A stretch of 62,709 nt of DNA, filler included, from Collodictyon triciliatum (Eukaryota), in the NCBI GenBank assembly GCA_043381765.1. It is 7 parts of 7 records of this genome, joined end to end, with 100 filler letters (N's around TTAATTAATTAA, not from the genome) between each part and the next. Parts side by side here need not be neighbours in the genome. Positions count along the whole stretch, not along the records: positions 21,864 to 32,683 come from JBHJMP010002554.1; positions 32,784 to 43,599 come from JBHJMP010002555.1; 5 more parts are not named here. One strand, 5' to 3'. Of the stretch, positions 24,661-37,520 are shown one piece after another. Each line of letters starts with the position of its first letter. Position 1 is the first letter of the stretch. A program made the translations under genes and the position numbers. A model generated the notes under the pieces. The model was not told the DNA's origin. It did not search any database and saw only the letters and a list, made by a program, of their open reading frames with translations.

Positions 24661-24815
24661 TTTTTTTTTCTTCCTTTCAATTTTTTGCAGGATGGTGAAG
24701 ATGCTGGCCCTGATTCGCCAGCCATCGTTTGCATGGGCGCTACTTGGTGGCCGGGTGGTGGAGAAGTAGTCGATAATCAGGAATTGCATCCTGCGCTTTG
24801 GTCTGTAGCCTGGGT
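24661..24815 (-). mobile_element. 5'-truncated SINE copy
   Basis: Aligns to 26860-27012, starting with a poly-T tail on the plus strand. Confidence 0.75.
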
Positions 24816-25195
24816 CAAAAAAATTTATTGTACAGATTACTATGTTCCTCTAATTATTCTATTTTTCCATCAAGTGACAGTGCCGTCAGTATAACATGCC
24901 TGGAAGTTTACTATCAGAGTTACATACTAAGCCTTCATTGTTTCCTGCCCCCTGGAGGATTCCTGACGAGTAAGGGCAAGTGTCTAATTGTCTTCGAATG
25001 TCTCTTTGCTATAATAGTTAATTTTTACAATCACGGGCCGTATCAAAATATATCTATATTTACTTTTATTTTTCACGTATACAAACCATACCTAAATGCC
25101 CACACACCCATATATAGAGGAAAATGATGAGCTGTGGCCAAAAAATGAGGACAAGTTCATCTTTGATGATCGCATCCCCTACGACTGAAGTTGTT

Positions 25196-25670
25196 TTTTT
25201 TTTCTTTTTTCATCTTTGGGTTTCCTTTCAGTTTATTTGGCACGATTGAGGAGAGCTCGCTGTGGGATTGATTGGTAGGACGCGTGCCAGGGTTTGCTCT
25301 TGCGAAGGAGATGTGGGGTCATGGAGGATTTTGCAAGAAGGGCAGGAAATGGAATAGAAGGGGACGGTAATGTTGGGGTGTGTTTTTTTGTGGGTTCGGG
25401 GTTGGACGTAGATATGGTATCTTATCCCTCCTTGAAAAGCACTCTGTTGGTGACGTCATTTTCTTCGAATGTTGTGGGGTGTGCTCCGTTGTCCGGCGAA
25501 GCACGCCCCGTCTGCCCTGGATTGGGTATAACCGAGGGCACCGGAGGAGGGCTCAGGGAATGCATGATACAGGGCCGGAATCACACACACCGCGCACCCT
25601 GTGGGGTTCGAACCACGTTCGCGCAGGTCAGATGCTGTCCCATGCCAGCTGGACTACAACGTCGTTCCCC
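25196..25670 (-). mobile_element. Full-length tRNA-derived SINE with variant 3' half
   Basis: Minus-strand A box TAGTCCAGCTGG (25645-25656) and B box GGTTCGAACCC (25604-25614). Degenerate TSD ACGACTGAAGTTGTT / ACGA-TGAAGCTGTT. Confidence 0.8.
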
Positions 25671-25988
25671 ACGATGAAGCTGTTCCTTTGGCACTGGAAA
25701 AGTAATAATGAAACATTTTTGTAATTAACTTGCCTCTATGACAAAATCATTTTTTTTAACAAAGAATATGATGTAATTTTATAAAAAAAATAATATTGAC
25801 TTGATCCGCAACATCAATAGTTCACTTGAATACTCGCTATTGCTGAAGAGGAAGAAAAAACATGCATGATCAAAAAGCGGATGAGCAATTATATTTTTGA
25901 TATTTACCATCACATTTTTTTTTTATTGATTTACTTCTTTCAAATTCATAAAACGTTTTTGTTGACTGATCCACATCATATTCAGCAT

Positions 25989-26032
25989 TTTTTTTTATTC
26001 TTCCTTTCCATTTATTCTGCAGGACGGAGGGA
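25989..26032 (-). mobile_element. 44-bp SINE tail insertion
   Basis: Perfect 17-bp TSD CACATCATATTCAGCAT (25972-25988 and 26033-26049). Confidence 0.85.
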
Positions 26033-26857
26033 CACATCATATTCAGCATATTATAAGCAAGAGCTGATATACTTGCATAACTTCTGCAACAAAGGCGATT
26101 GTGGAATCGGTAATAATTATGTTTTTGATTCATTTGACAGAACCGAAGAAATGTACTTGATTTATAATTAAATTGGTCACTACATTATAATTCAATATTT
26201 TGTTAACATAAAAAATGAAACGATAATACTCTCTAATAGTCTAAAAATATTCGTCCTTTCTACGAGGCACCGTTAGTTCAGAATAACACTTCAATCAGCC
26301 AAATTCAAGTATGATAGAGTTAATATGACTTAATCTACATGAATCATGATTTTGAGTCAACGATGTAGTCTGATTCTTTGTTTTTCCCTTTATTCAATCG
26401 AAGGCAATGAAAGGCTTTAAGTTTTTTTTTTTTTTTTTTACAGTCCGATGTTGTTGTTTGCGCCTTAGTTGAAAGCAGTGACGAATGTCGGATAAGGATG
26501 CAGGCCAGCTTGGTATGGAATCTGGATTCATGGTTCATCACTGTACCCCAAGAAGGTTGAGAATAATTACAACTCTAAAGAGCTGCAACTACCAGGAGCC
26601 CCGACCTGGAATCAATCCGAAGCCGATTCCCCCCCGCGGAGGCGAATGACTACTCGGCCATCCCGCCCTGCTCTAGATTTTCTTTTAATATGAACGATTT
26701 TGATCTTCTAGCTTATAAAAACCCATATCCTTTTCTCACTTAAATTATATCTTTTCAATATATATTGTTTTAATTTTATTTGTTTCACTCTACTTATGAA
26801 ATTTATGATAATTCCATTAGTTAAATGGTTAATTCTTAAATATGTTATTGATCACAT

Positions 26858-27384
26858 CTTTTTTTTTTTATTCTTCCTTTCAACTTTGTGCAGGACCGAG
26901 GGGGTGTGTTGGCTTTGGTTCGCTAGCCATCGTTTTGTATGGGCGCTACTTGTCGGTGGAGAAGTAGTCCGTACTCAGGATTGCATCCTGCGGTTTGGCC
27001 TGTATCCTGGGTGTTACAAAGGGTTGTCTGAGGAGCGTGGGGGATTTTCCAAGAAGGGCAGACATGGAATAGAGGGGGGACAACTCAGTGGGGTGTCGTT
27101 TCGTGGGGTTGAAGCTCGGCGTAGATATGGTATCTCATTCCTCTCTCATGGAAGCACTCTTCTGGTGACGTAATTTTCTTCGAAAGTTGTGGGGTGTGCT
27201 CCGTTGTCCGGCGAAGCACACCCCGGCTGCCCTGGATTGGGTATAACTGAGGGCGCAGGAGGAGGGCTCAGGGAAAGCGTGATACAGGGCCAGAATCACA
27301 CACACCGCGCACCCTGTGGGGTTCGTACCACGTTCGCGCAGGTCAGACGCTGTCCCATGCCAGCTGGACTACAACGTCTGCCCC
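26858..27384 (-). mobile_element. Full-length tRNA-derived SINE (~527 bp)
   Basis: tRNA-like head with A box TAGTCCAGCTGG and B box GGTACGAACCC, a poly-A tail, and a 14-bp TSD with 2 mismatches (26844-26857 and 27385-27398). Confidence 0.85.
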
Positions 27385-28711
27385 GTGATTGACCACATAT
27401 TAATTTATAATACCATATCATCCGTTGTCCATAAATTTTAGAGTGTTGAGAAAAATGCTATTTATATTTGAAAGACTTTTTTTTTTTTATTCACGTCAGA
27501 CTTTGCTGTTGGCGCCCATGCCAACAATCTTATATATTTGAAAGACTTAATAATTTATTCGTGAGTTAAAATGAAAAATGGTCGTTAATATACATGAAAA
27601 AGAAAACCTTTTCTGAAAACTATATCATATACGTAATCTATTAATGATTTCTTTATTTAATCATATTCTATAAGTGTAGTGCACGGAAAAAAATTGAAGA
27701 ATATAATGGATGCATTATTTTTCATGATAATAATATTATCCATAATTTGGATACGAACTTTTTTTTGCTACTCATCCATACCATATTTATGTTTTTTTTC
27801 ATATCGTTTACCATTAAATTCAGGTTAATCAATTAATTAAAAATTAAATTCTATATTTCATTCTTAATTTATAGATTTGATGTAATATTCTTATTTAACA
27901 GTGCTTTTTATTGGCTGAGACAACGCTTTTGTGATATAATCAACTATTGTGAATGCTTTAAATTGTTTTGTTGACAGGGAAAAACCAAAATGATTAGTCT
28001 CAATATGAAAAAATTAAAAAATCATTGATTAAAATATTAATTTCAATTACTATGAATCAAATGAATGAAAAATGTTAGTTTTAATTATTTTATATAACTG
28101 ATTAACATGTATTTAACAAAAACAAGGCTAATTTGCACGATTTGAGTATTATTTTATTTTATTTTGTATATCTTAAAATATGTAATTAATTGTAAAAAAA
28201 TGATTTACCGAATAATCAGTTCATGTTTTCTTTATTTATTAAAATACAACATGTAAATATGCGCACAATATTGAAAATACAATTAACTTTCCAAAAAGAG
28301 TTACATAAACAAAAGAGTGTAATATTTATAAGTTTGTATTAATTAATGTTTTTAATCTTGATACCATCGATTATTTCTTTGTATGAAGACTATGTTGTAG
28401 TTTTTAATACATTTTATGAATCCACTGATTTGGTCAGTGCTCCATCATATATAATTAAATTTTTTCATCGATATGAGCAAGAGTGCCCAAATTTTGAGAT
28501 CTTATTGATATGCACTATATCAATTTAGAATTGTATTAGATTCTTATTTTTATATTTCTTAATCAAACATTAAATAAGCATAATCTTACAATAATGGAAT
28601 ATTTAACAATATCATATTGAGTATGAAAGTATAATTACAATTTTGTTTCAATCTTTTAAACACATATCACATTAATTTAGACTGATGATGTTCTGTTATT
28701 CTTTTGCAGCT

Positions 28712-31700
28712 ATGTTGCTAATGGGTTTGTCTAAATTAAAATCATTTTATTATATTCATTAATGGGCTTCAAGATGCAAAGAGTTTTTAATTAAATTTTT
28801 TTTTTTTAGGATTGATACTATACTGCCAATTGTGTCTTGTTGTAGGGCAAGATGATTTAATTCACACTTTGACTGGTCATACCAGCAGTGTTAGCAGTGT
28901 TGCTGTGACTCCTGATGGCTCAAAAATTGTTTCAGGAAGCTATAACGATGATAAAACAATCAAAATTTGGAACCTCTCTGATGGAGTTTTGATTCGCACT
29001 TTGACTGGTCATAGTAGTATTGTTTACAGTGTTACTGTTACTCCTGATGGATCAAAAATTGTGTCTGGAGGCCATGATGTTGATATCAAAATTTGGAATC
29101 TTTCTGATGGGGCTTTGATTGACGTATGGAGAGGTCATGGAAGTGGTGTGCTATGCGTTGCTGTTACTCCTGATGGCTCAAAAATTCTTTCTGGAAGTGA
29201 AGATTACACTATCAAAATTTGGAACCTCTCTGATGGAGCTTTTATTCGCACATTGACTGGACATAATAGTTGGGTTCGCAGTGTTGTTGTTACTCCTGAT
29301 GGTTCAAAAATTGTCTCTGGAAGCAAAGATAGTACAAATAAAATTTGGAATCTTTATGATGGAACTTTGATTCGCACATTGACTGGTCATACTGGTGAAA
29401 TTTTTAGTGTTTCTGTCACTCCTGATGGCTCACAATTTGTTTCTGGAGGTTGGGATAAAACAATTAGAATTTGGAATCTTTATGATGGAACTTTGATTCG
29501 CATATTGACTGGACATAATAGTCCTGTTCGAAGTGTTTCTTTAACCCCTGATGGCTCAAAAATTATTTCTGGATGCGATGGTGATACAATCAAAATCTGG
29601 AATTTTTCTGATGGAGTTTTGATTCGCACATTGACTGGTCACACTGATGGTTTGTGGAGTGTTGTTGTTACTCCTGATGGCTCAAAAATTGTTTCTGGAA
29701 GTGATGATAAAACAATCAAAATTTGGGGACTTTGCGTTGCTGGCCAGTTTTATGATTCAGCTTCAAAATTTTGTCAAATATGCCCATCTGGGAGCTACAG
29801 TGCCGGAGGAACTTTATCTTGCAATCTATGTCCAAGTGGCACATACAACCCATCGATTGGATCGACAAGTGTTGATTCATGTCTTCCATGCACAGCTGGT
29901 ACATACAACCCATCGACTGGCTCTACAAGTTTTGACGCCTGTCTTTCATGTGCAGCTGGTACATACAACCCATCGACTGGCTCTACAAGTGTTGACGCCT
30001 GTATTTCATGTGCAGTTGGTACATACAACCCATTAGAAGGTCAAAGAACATGTATATTTTGTGAGGAAGGAAAACACAACAACAATGTTGGTCAACTTTC
30101 ATGCCCTAATTGTGAGCCAGGAACATACACAAACATTAAAGGACAGGAATCATGTTTTGAATGTCCAGTTGGATTCTACAATCAAGAATCAGGTCAAACT
30201 TTTTGCACAGCTTGCAGCCCAGGTACATATGCAAACTCGACAAAAGGGACTTTTTGCTTTATGTGCCCAGCTGGTACTTTCAATCCTAATGTTGCATCAA
30301 CAAGTATTAATAGTTGTCAAACATGTCCAAAAGGAAGATTTTCATCAAAACCAGGTGAAGCAACATGTGAACTTTGTCCATCTGGTTCTTACAATCCATA
30401 CTTTGGACAGACTGAATGCACTAACTGTACTGATGGAACGTACAATCCGAGATTTGGCTCAAGTTCAAATGATTCATGCATAAAATGTCCGTTAGGAACT
30501 TATGGTAATAGTGATAGAGAAGAATGTTTTTCATGTCCAGCTGGTACATTCAACAACAAAACTGGCTCATTTGATGAATCTTCATGTATTGAATGCTTAC
30601 GTGGAAGCTACAGCTCAGCCGGAAGCTCATCATGCAACTCATGTCCGACGCGCTCAACTACGACTCAAGAAGGCTCTGAATCAATCTATGATTGTGAGTG
30701 CTTATATTCGTACGTATCTGCTAATAGTGTCTGCACATGTCCTCCAGGACAATTTGAAGATGGTAATAAATGCGTTCTGTGCAGAATCGGCTCATACAAA
30801 TTAACAAACGACACTAATTTTTGCTTATCTTGTGGTGATAAATTCACAACAAAAAATAATGGCTCGATGAATTCAACTGATTGTGTCTGTAGCGATGGAT
30901 TTGAACTCAGGAATTCTACTTGCGAATGCAAACCTGGATGGTATGAAAAGCAAAAGAACTGCTATGAATGCCCACCAAGCACTTACAATGAAAATTATGG
31001 ACAAGGTTTTTGCAAAGATTGCCCTATAAACTCATTCACTAATAAGACAGCCTCAGTATCTATATCAGAGTGCAAATGTCTTCCATTTACATATCTTGAT
31101 GAAAAGAACAGGCAATGCAAAAATTGTCCAACAGGCTTTATCTGTGATGGAAGCAGTCAGCCGAGTGTCGCACCTGGATATTGGCAAGCACCGTCATCAA
31201 ATGGAGAATACATCGCTTATAAATGCCTGAATGAAGATGCATGCAACGGAGGAAACAACACATGTGCTGAAGGATATACCGGAGCTCTCTGCAGTCTTTG
31301 TGAAAAGGGTTTTGGTAAGACCGGATTATTTTGCACCAAATGTCCCAACCAAGGAGCGAGTGGATTTTTAGTATTCCTCAGCATTGTGGTACCCCTGCTG
31401 TTTGTTTTTTTCATGATAGAGCAATCAAGACAACCCAAGACAGCTAAAATACAGATGCTAAAAACACTTGCATCTCATTTTCAAATTTTATCATATCTGG
31501 CTAACTTTGATGTAGACTGGAGTTCCACCATTTTCTCCATAATGAAAATTCCTGCCTTCTTTTCATTTTCGTTATCAATAGACACATATCCTATGGAATG
31601 CAGATTCGAAATGACAATCTATGACAAAGTTCTGTTTTCAATGATAACCCCTTTGATACTGATAGGAGTAGTTATTTTTATAGTTACAGCCAAAATGACG

Positions 31701-32555
31701 TGGAAACTAAGAAATAATCAAATTAATAGCAGAGATATTACTTTATTTAAAATGAATCAAGAGTTTATATTTTCCATGCTGGTTATGCTATTTTTTGTTC
31801 ATCCCACGATTATGTCGTCAATATCAAACATATTTCGTTGCGAGAGGTTTGGTGATATAAGTTACTTGAAAGCTGACATGTCGATAATGTGCGATGATGC
31901 GACTTACCTCATTTGGAAAAACATTGCTATCGTTTATGTGATTCTTTATTGTTTTGGTGGCCCGTTTATTCTCGCTGCGTACATGTTCTACAAGAGGTCA
32001 TCATTGATTGATCCAGCATCAAATACTTACAATTTACTCCGATTTTTGGTTGATGGCTACACTGAAGAATGCTATTACTGGGAAATCGTGACTATGATGC
32101 AAAAGTTGCTCGTCGTTTTGATAAGCATTTTCTTTTCTTCAGCCTTGCAAATTTACTTCGGACTGTGGTTACTTTTATTGACTATCGCATCATCTCTGTA
32201 TTTCAAGCCATTCGTGTCCGATGTGCTCAGGAAGTCACAACTTTACTCAATTTCGGTCCTCTACTTCACCTTGATGACAAGCCTTCTATTCAGATATACA
32301 GATCTTAGTAGATCTGCCGAATATCTTCTTATCTCGCTGGTTGTTTTTTTGAATGGACTTATTGCAGCAGTCTCTTTAATGACAGCTGGACCTGCTGTCC
32401 TAATATCTTTTTTGATAAAAACTAAGGGATTTGCTCAGCCAATTTACGGATTCGTGATGGAATCATCTTCCATCACTCGCATGAGAAAAAAATTGATGTT
32501 AAAGAGAGAGAAAAATGACATGAAGGATATCAATGATGCTACAACAACTCTTTAA
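28712..32555 (+). CDS. Predicted surface receptor: signal peptide + 7 WD40 repeats + Cys-rich (GCC2/GCC3, ephrin-receptor-like) stalk + multi-pass TM domain
   Basis: Splicing a GT-AG intron at 28725-28809 gives MLLMGLILYCQLCLVVG|QDD. Then come 7 GH..TPDGS..W repeats, many CPxGTY repeats, CAEGYTGALCSLC and about 8-10 hydrophobic segments including YYWE, all in one 3.7-kb exon. Confidence 0.9.
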
Positions 32556-32571
32556 AATTTACTTCAAATAT

Positions 32572-32683
32572 CTCTCACTCATTCACTCTCTCACTCTCTC
32601 ACTCTCTCACTCTCTCACTCTCTCACTCTCTCACTCTCTCACTCTCTCACTCTCTCACTCTCTCACTCTCTCACTCTCTCACT
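32572..32683. repeat. (TCACTCTC)n microsatellite
   Basis: Tandem array seen directly. Confidence 0.9.
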
Positions 32684-32954
32684 NNNNNNNNNNNNNNNNN
32701 NNNNNNNNNNNNNNNNNNNNNNNNNNNTTAATTAATTAANNNNNNNNNNNNNNNNNNNNNNNNNNNNNNNNNNNNNNNNNNNNAAAAATTTTGTTTTTTT
32801 TGCGGTTTTTTTAAAAGTTTTTTTTTTTTTTTTCCTTATTTTTTCCTTTTTTTCCCCCCCCCCCCCTTTTTTTTTTTTTTTTTTCCTTATGTGTAGATAT
32901 AAATAGGTGTATTGATGAACTTCCTGTAAATGTAATTTTTGTTTTGTATATCCT

Positions 32955-35127
32955 ACCTGTGACCTGATTGCAAGTGTGCTGGAAGGATAGACGGCATATA
33001 CCTTTGTAAATCCTTCACAAATAATGATGGAAAAAGCACATAAACACCTTGGTAAAAGGATTCTTTCCAATAAGTAGCCAGCATCTTTTGCAGACCCCTT
33101 GTATAATTTATCATTTGTCATTCTTGTTTTGAATTCACAATATGATACAAAAACGATTGAATTTTTCCAAAAAAAAAAACACCTGTTTTTCAAAATATCA
33201 AGTAATTCGGGTATTTTTATCGTAGTTATGCTGTATCCTTCCTTTGCAAAGGCCAATGTAGCGGTTGGACCCTTGTTTTATAAGTTGCCGCATTTTTTTT
33301 CGAGTAAATAGTCTCTTCATTTGTGTATTCATTCATAATCATACAATTATGTGAAAATTATATAAACTTGAATCTCACCAGTATTACAGAGCCATCCACC
33401 GTCTTTGTAAAATGCACACCAAGAAAGGGGAGACTGGGGTCTGGAACAGGATAAACGAGTCCTCTGATCATCTTAGAGTATTCAGGCTTGAGTTCCATAT
33501 AGTCGCCTGCGTATAAAAAAAAGGAGTACAATAACCAGATGTTTAACTGTTGATTTATAAATCCTCTGGGTTATACATATCTAATTGATTTAATTGTCAC
33601 GACCATCCATGTTTGTTGGACATCAAAAATATGACCTCTGAACGGAATGATCTTCGGCTCCTCGCACCCATACATCAACTTCGAAATGTGGTCAGAATAT
33701 AGCCCGGCACACGAAATGACACTTGAAGTGTGCATCGAATCCCCACGGGTACTGGTTAGTCTATAGCTATTTTGCTGTCCTTTTCCATTTGAGCGGAAGT
33801 CCGAAACTTCAAAATCTGTGACAATATCCCTAAAATATCATATCTGTGCGAATGAGTGTCCTTTTGCAGACTCATTTTTGGTTAAAAAAAAAAGTCCAAT
33901 GCATTATATTTGAGAGCCTGTGAAGTTCGACTAAAAAAAAAACCCTTTCATTCCCCGAACTTCATGCGCTACATGCAAGGCAACTTTTCTGTAGTCTGTG
34001 ATTCCAGTATGAGGAGAGTAAATGGCCTCTAACCCCTGATAATGTCATAAGAAATCAACAACATAAACGGATACATCGAACCAAACCACGTTACAACCCC
34101 AATGGACATCGACACGTATGTCATATATTTATATCAGGAAATACCACAATATTTGGCTCTATGCTGTGGATGCCCTTTGAATCCAAGTATTGAATGTCAC
34201 GAACCTTGTTCGCCAATCCCCTCCCCATTCTGGAATTGAGAGAAACCAAATGTACATTAAGGAATTTATAACATCATTTAAGGCATTTCATCGCTTATGT
34301 TCTGATTATTTGTCTTTTGATTGATGATATGATGTCTATCTTATTATAGAAAAACCACATCAGATAAAGTACTCTAGATAGACACTATGTCATAAATTAG
34401 ATGCAACAAAAATAATTATATCTCAAGCTTACAAATCTTTTAGGCGGGGAATTTCTTCTTCTTTCGTGGCTACGATCAACTACTCAAGAGAGTGAAAGAG
34501 AATACAACATAGAGCAAGTGAATCAATTATTTACTTCTAGTAAAATAAAAGTTTTCGAAGGCAAAGTACCAACGATAGTGTCAGTATTTGATTATAAAAT
34601 AAATAAAATTGAATTAGGAGAAAATTACCTTGCCACATTTCTCATAGGGCAGCTGATTTTCTATACAGTATTTCTCCATAAGAACTGCACCGCGAACACA
34701 TAACTCGGCTCTTTGTGACCCAGGGGTGTAGTATATCCCTGCATGGACGACACCACTACTCCAGCGAGTCTGATGCAAGGCTATCATTCCCAGAAAATAA
34801 AATGTTTTTACAAGTTTCTTCTGGTGGCATAATGCCGACACAGACACAAGATGGCCCAAGTAGAATAAAGGAAAACGAATAAGGCGTAGCGCGGCGCAGT
34901 TGACTGATTTTAGCGATGGAGATTATGTAAATATTGCAAGACTGGCAGGCAAACCAAGCTCGGGTTCCTTTTCGACAACAGCCAGCTTAAGCTGCGGGTA
35001 GCGCCGTAGTATAGCCCTTGCGGCTGTGAGCCCGATGATTCCTCCTCCTATCACACACACATCATACGTCTTTGCGAGGCTCATGACCTGGAAAATAACT
35101 TGTATGAGAACAGACCTGTAAGAAGGA

Positions 35128-35215
<88 letters not shown>

Positions 35216-35483
35216 AAAGAAAAGAAAAGAAAAGAAAAGAAAAGAAAAGAAAAGAAAAGAAAAGAAAAGAAAAGAAAAGAAAAGAAAAGAAAAGAAAAGA
35301 AAAGAAAAGAAAAGAAAGAAGAAAAGAAAGAAGAAAAGACTGGGGTGAAAAAGATCGCAGGGAAGAGACCACACAAGGGAACAGCCGTCGATCTTTGGAC
35401 ACATCCGCCCGACAACAGAAGGCCGACCGGCTGCTGAAAGAGGATGACCATAGAGACCTCCCATGTCGAAACACAGCGGCCAC
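32955..35483 (-). CDS. L2HGDH: L-2-hydroxyglutarate dehydrogenase (spliced, 3' end beyond contig)
   Basis: Exons read YDVCVIGGGIIGL..VVEKE, SGVVHAGIYYTPGSQRAELCVRG, YSPHTGITDY, CAGLYSD and VYPVPDPSLPFLGVHFT..GPTA. The start position is approximate. Confidence 0.9.
35128..35330. repeat. (AAAG)n/(AAAAG)n intronic microsatellite
   Basis: Tandem array seen directly. Confidence 0.9.
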
Positions 35484-35682
35484 TCGGCAGTTTCAAAAGA
35501 AAACTCAAGAAGGAAAAGAAAAAAAGATGAACAGGAAAAAGTATAGGGCGTACAAGGAGGAGAAAGAACACAGAAAGCGGCGTCTTGGGGCATGGCAGAA
35601 ACGATCCCACAGAGTCCAGCCAAGCACCATGATTTATTGGGGCCGTGAGATGAGAGAACTGACGAAGCGCAGCCGCGGGCCC

Positions 35683-36439
35683 CTACAGCAGTCGCGACAC
35701 AACGAGGGCCTCGGTCCAGGCGGCGGCCTCGGAAAGACTGCTGGGCTGGGCAGAGAGCTGCGGCTGTGGAAGCTGGTCCAGTTTGTCCACAAGGGCCACA
35801 ACGTCGAGTGAGGCCAGAAGCTCCACCAGTCTGGCGTTTCCAGAGACGGAGGCGATATATAAACACGAAGGGTGAATAGAAATGACCTCAATCTAAGGAC
35901 ATACCCACAACATCGTTTCCATCATGTCTCCTTGTGAGTTGAGTCGAAAAAAAATAATTTTTTTCATAAAGAAACCAGAACCCAACAGAAGGACAAAAAA
36001 AAGAAGAAAAAAAAGAAAAAAAAGGAAAAAAAAAGAAGGGAAAATAGGAAAAACAAAAAATGGTACTTCTCCACTTGGTCAACCATGCCTCGCACGACAA
36101 GGAAAGAGAGACTAACAAAGGCGCGGGTTCTAATCTGTTGTTCGTGCTTGTGTCCGATCAGCTTCTGCATGATTGTGACCAGGCAGCCAGATGCTCGGAG
36201 GCTCATTGCATTCAGTAGATAGTACTCATTTTGCTGGACAGGCATGTCTCTAAAGAGAAGCTGGTCATTCGCTGTGGCAGTAGGGGCTGGGTTGGCGCCA
36301 GTAGTCGCTGTTGTGCTGGCTACATCCTCCTTCGTGGCCGGAGCAGCGAGACTTTCGGTGGTGATTGGCTTCAGCTTCGAGGGATGAGGCGCTTTGGTTG
36401 CATGAGGCAGCTCCGGTAGTTTGGGCGTCTCTGCATCTG

Positions 36440-36519
<80 letters not shown>

Positions 36520-37520
36520 GTGTTATAAGACGCAGAAAATACGAGTGATTAAGTATCACGAATCACAATGGCCGACCGGTGGCCTTACGTGAGATAATAA
36601 GCATGAAGGTATAGGACAGAAGCAGACCTGATTGTGGGATGTTCCGAAGAAAGCGGGCGATGGCACGGTGACCTTCTCCTAGCGTGCTGAGGGGAATTGT
36701 ATCATGCAATGGATTCCCAAAGACGTGCAGCGAATCTAGGAAGCTCATCACAAGAAATCCAAGCGAGCGAGGAAGGGAAGAGAGTTGGTTTTCTCTGGCA
36801 TTGAGCTCCTTCAGCAATGTGCACAGCCCGATTTCGGGCGGGATTCTCGTGAGGCTATTGTTAGCCACGTAGAGTTTCTCAAGCGAAGTCAGGTGTCCGA
36901 TTTCGGGTGGGAGAGTCTCCAGGACATTGAAGTTGAGACAAAGCTCACGAAGCTGGGTCAGAAAACCGATTTCAGGTGGGAGAACTTTGATTTTGTTGTA
37001 CGAGACATCTATTCGGTAGACTGTGCTCATGCCCAGGGCGCGTATATGTGCAGGAATGACAGCCACGCCTTGTTTGTGCAAGGAGAACATCTGTGGCGCG
37101 TGAAGGTTCGTGTGATTGACATACCCATTCAGTTATACGATATAAATTAGGTTGATTTCGGTCAGAGTCAACTACGAAGCATGTTGGGTATGGTTAACAT
37201 AGTACCTTGCGATTGTATCGAACAGCCTCGTCGATTGCCTGCACAATTTCTTTTGCCTTCCGGTACTCGGCCGGCTTTGGTTTGAAGACCAAAGAGCTCT
37301 GATGATCCATTTAGTAAGTATCAATGTGACGATGTAGTTATAGCTCTCCGTCCATAATTAGGATTAATATTTTTTAAAAAAATATATATTGATTTATGGG
37401 GCAATAATATATGACACTGATGTGGTGGCGGTCTGTATGCCATACAGTCATATAGTAAAAGCAACGTACCATTCCTTCGATACCTAAATCTTGAAAGGTT
37501 TGGTCTTCAGGGAGCATCTC
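35683..37520 (-). CDS. Leucine-rich-repeat protein (possible ubiquitin-like segment upstream), spliced, 5' part in gap
   Basis: Exon with LPPEIG repeats at 36630-37090. Upstream exon MLPEDQTFQDLGIEG. Downstream exons run to ..LYIASVSGNARLVELL..SRLL* at 35683. Confidence 0.7.
36442..36516. repeat. (ATAG)n microsatellite
   Basis: Tandem array seen directly. Confidence 0.9.

Noticed and set aside
25590-25665. Functional tRNA gene
   Set aside because: A/B boxes are present, but the acceptor stem does not pair cleanly and the sequence continues into a SINE body with tail and TSD.
28850-30030. CRISPR-like repeat/spacer array
   Set aside because: The periodicity is in-frame coding (126-bp WD40 and 60-bp Cys-rich units).
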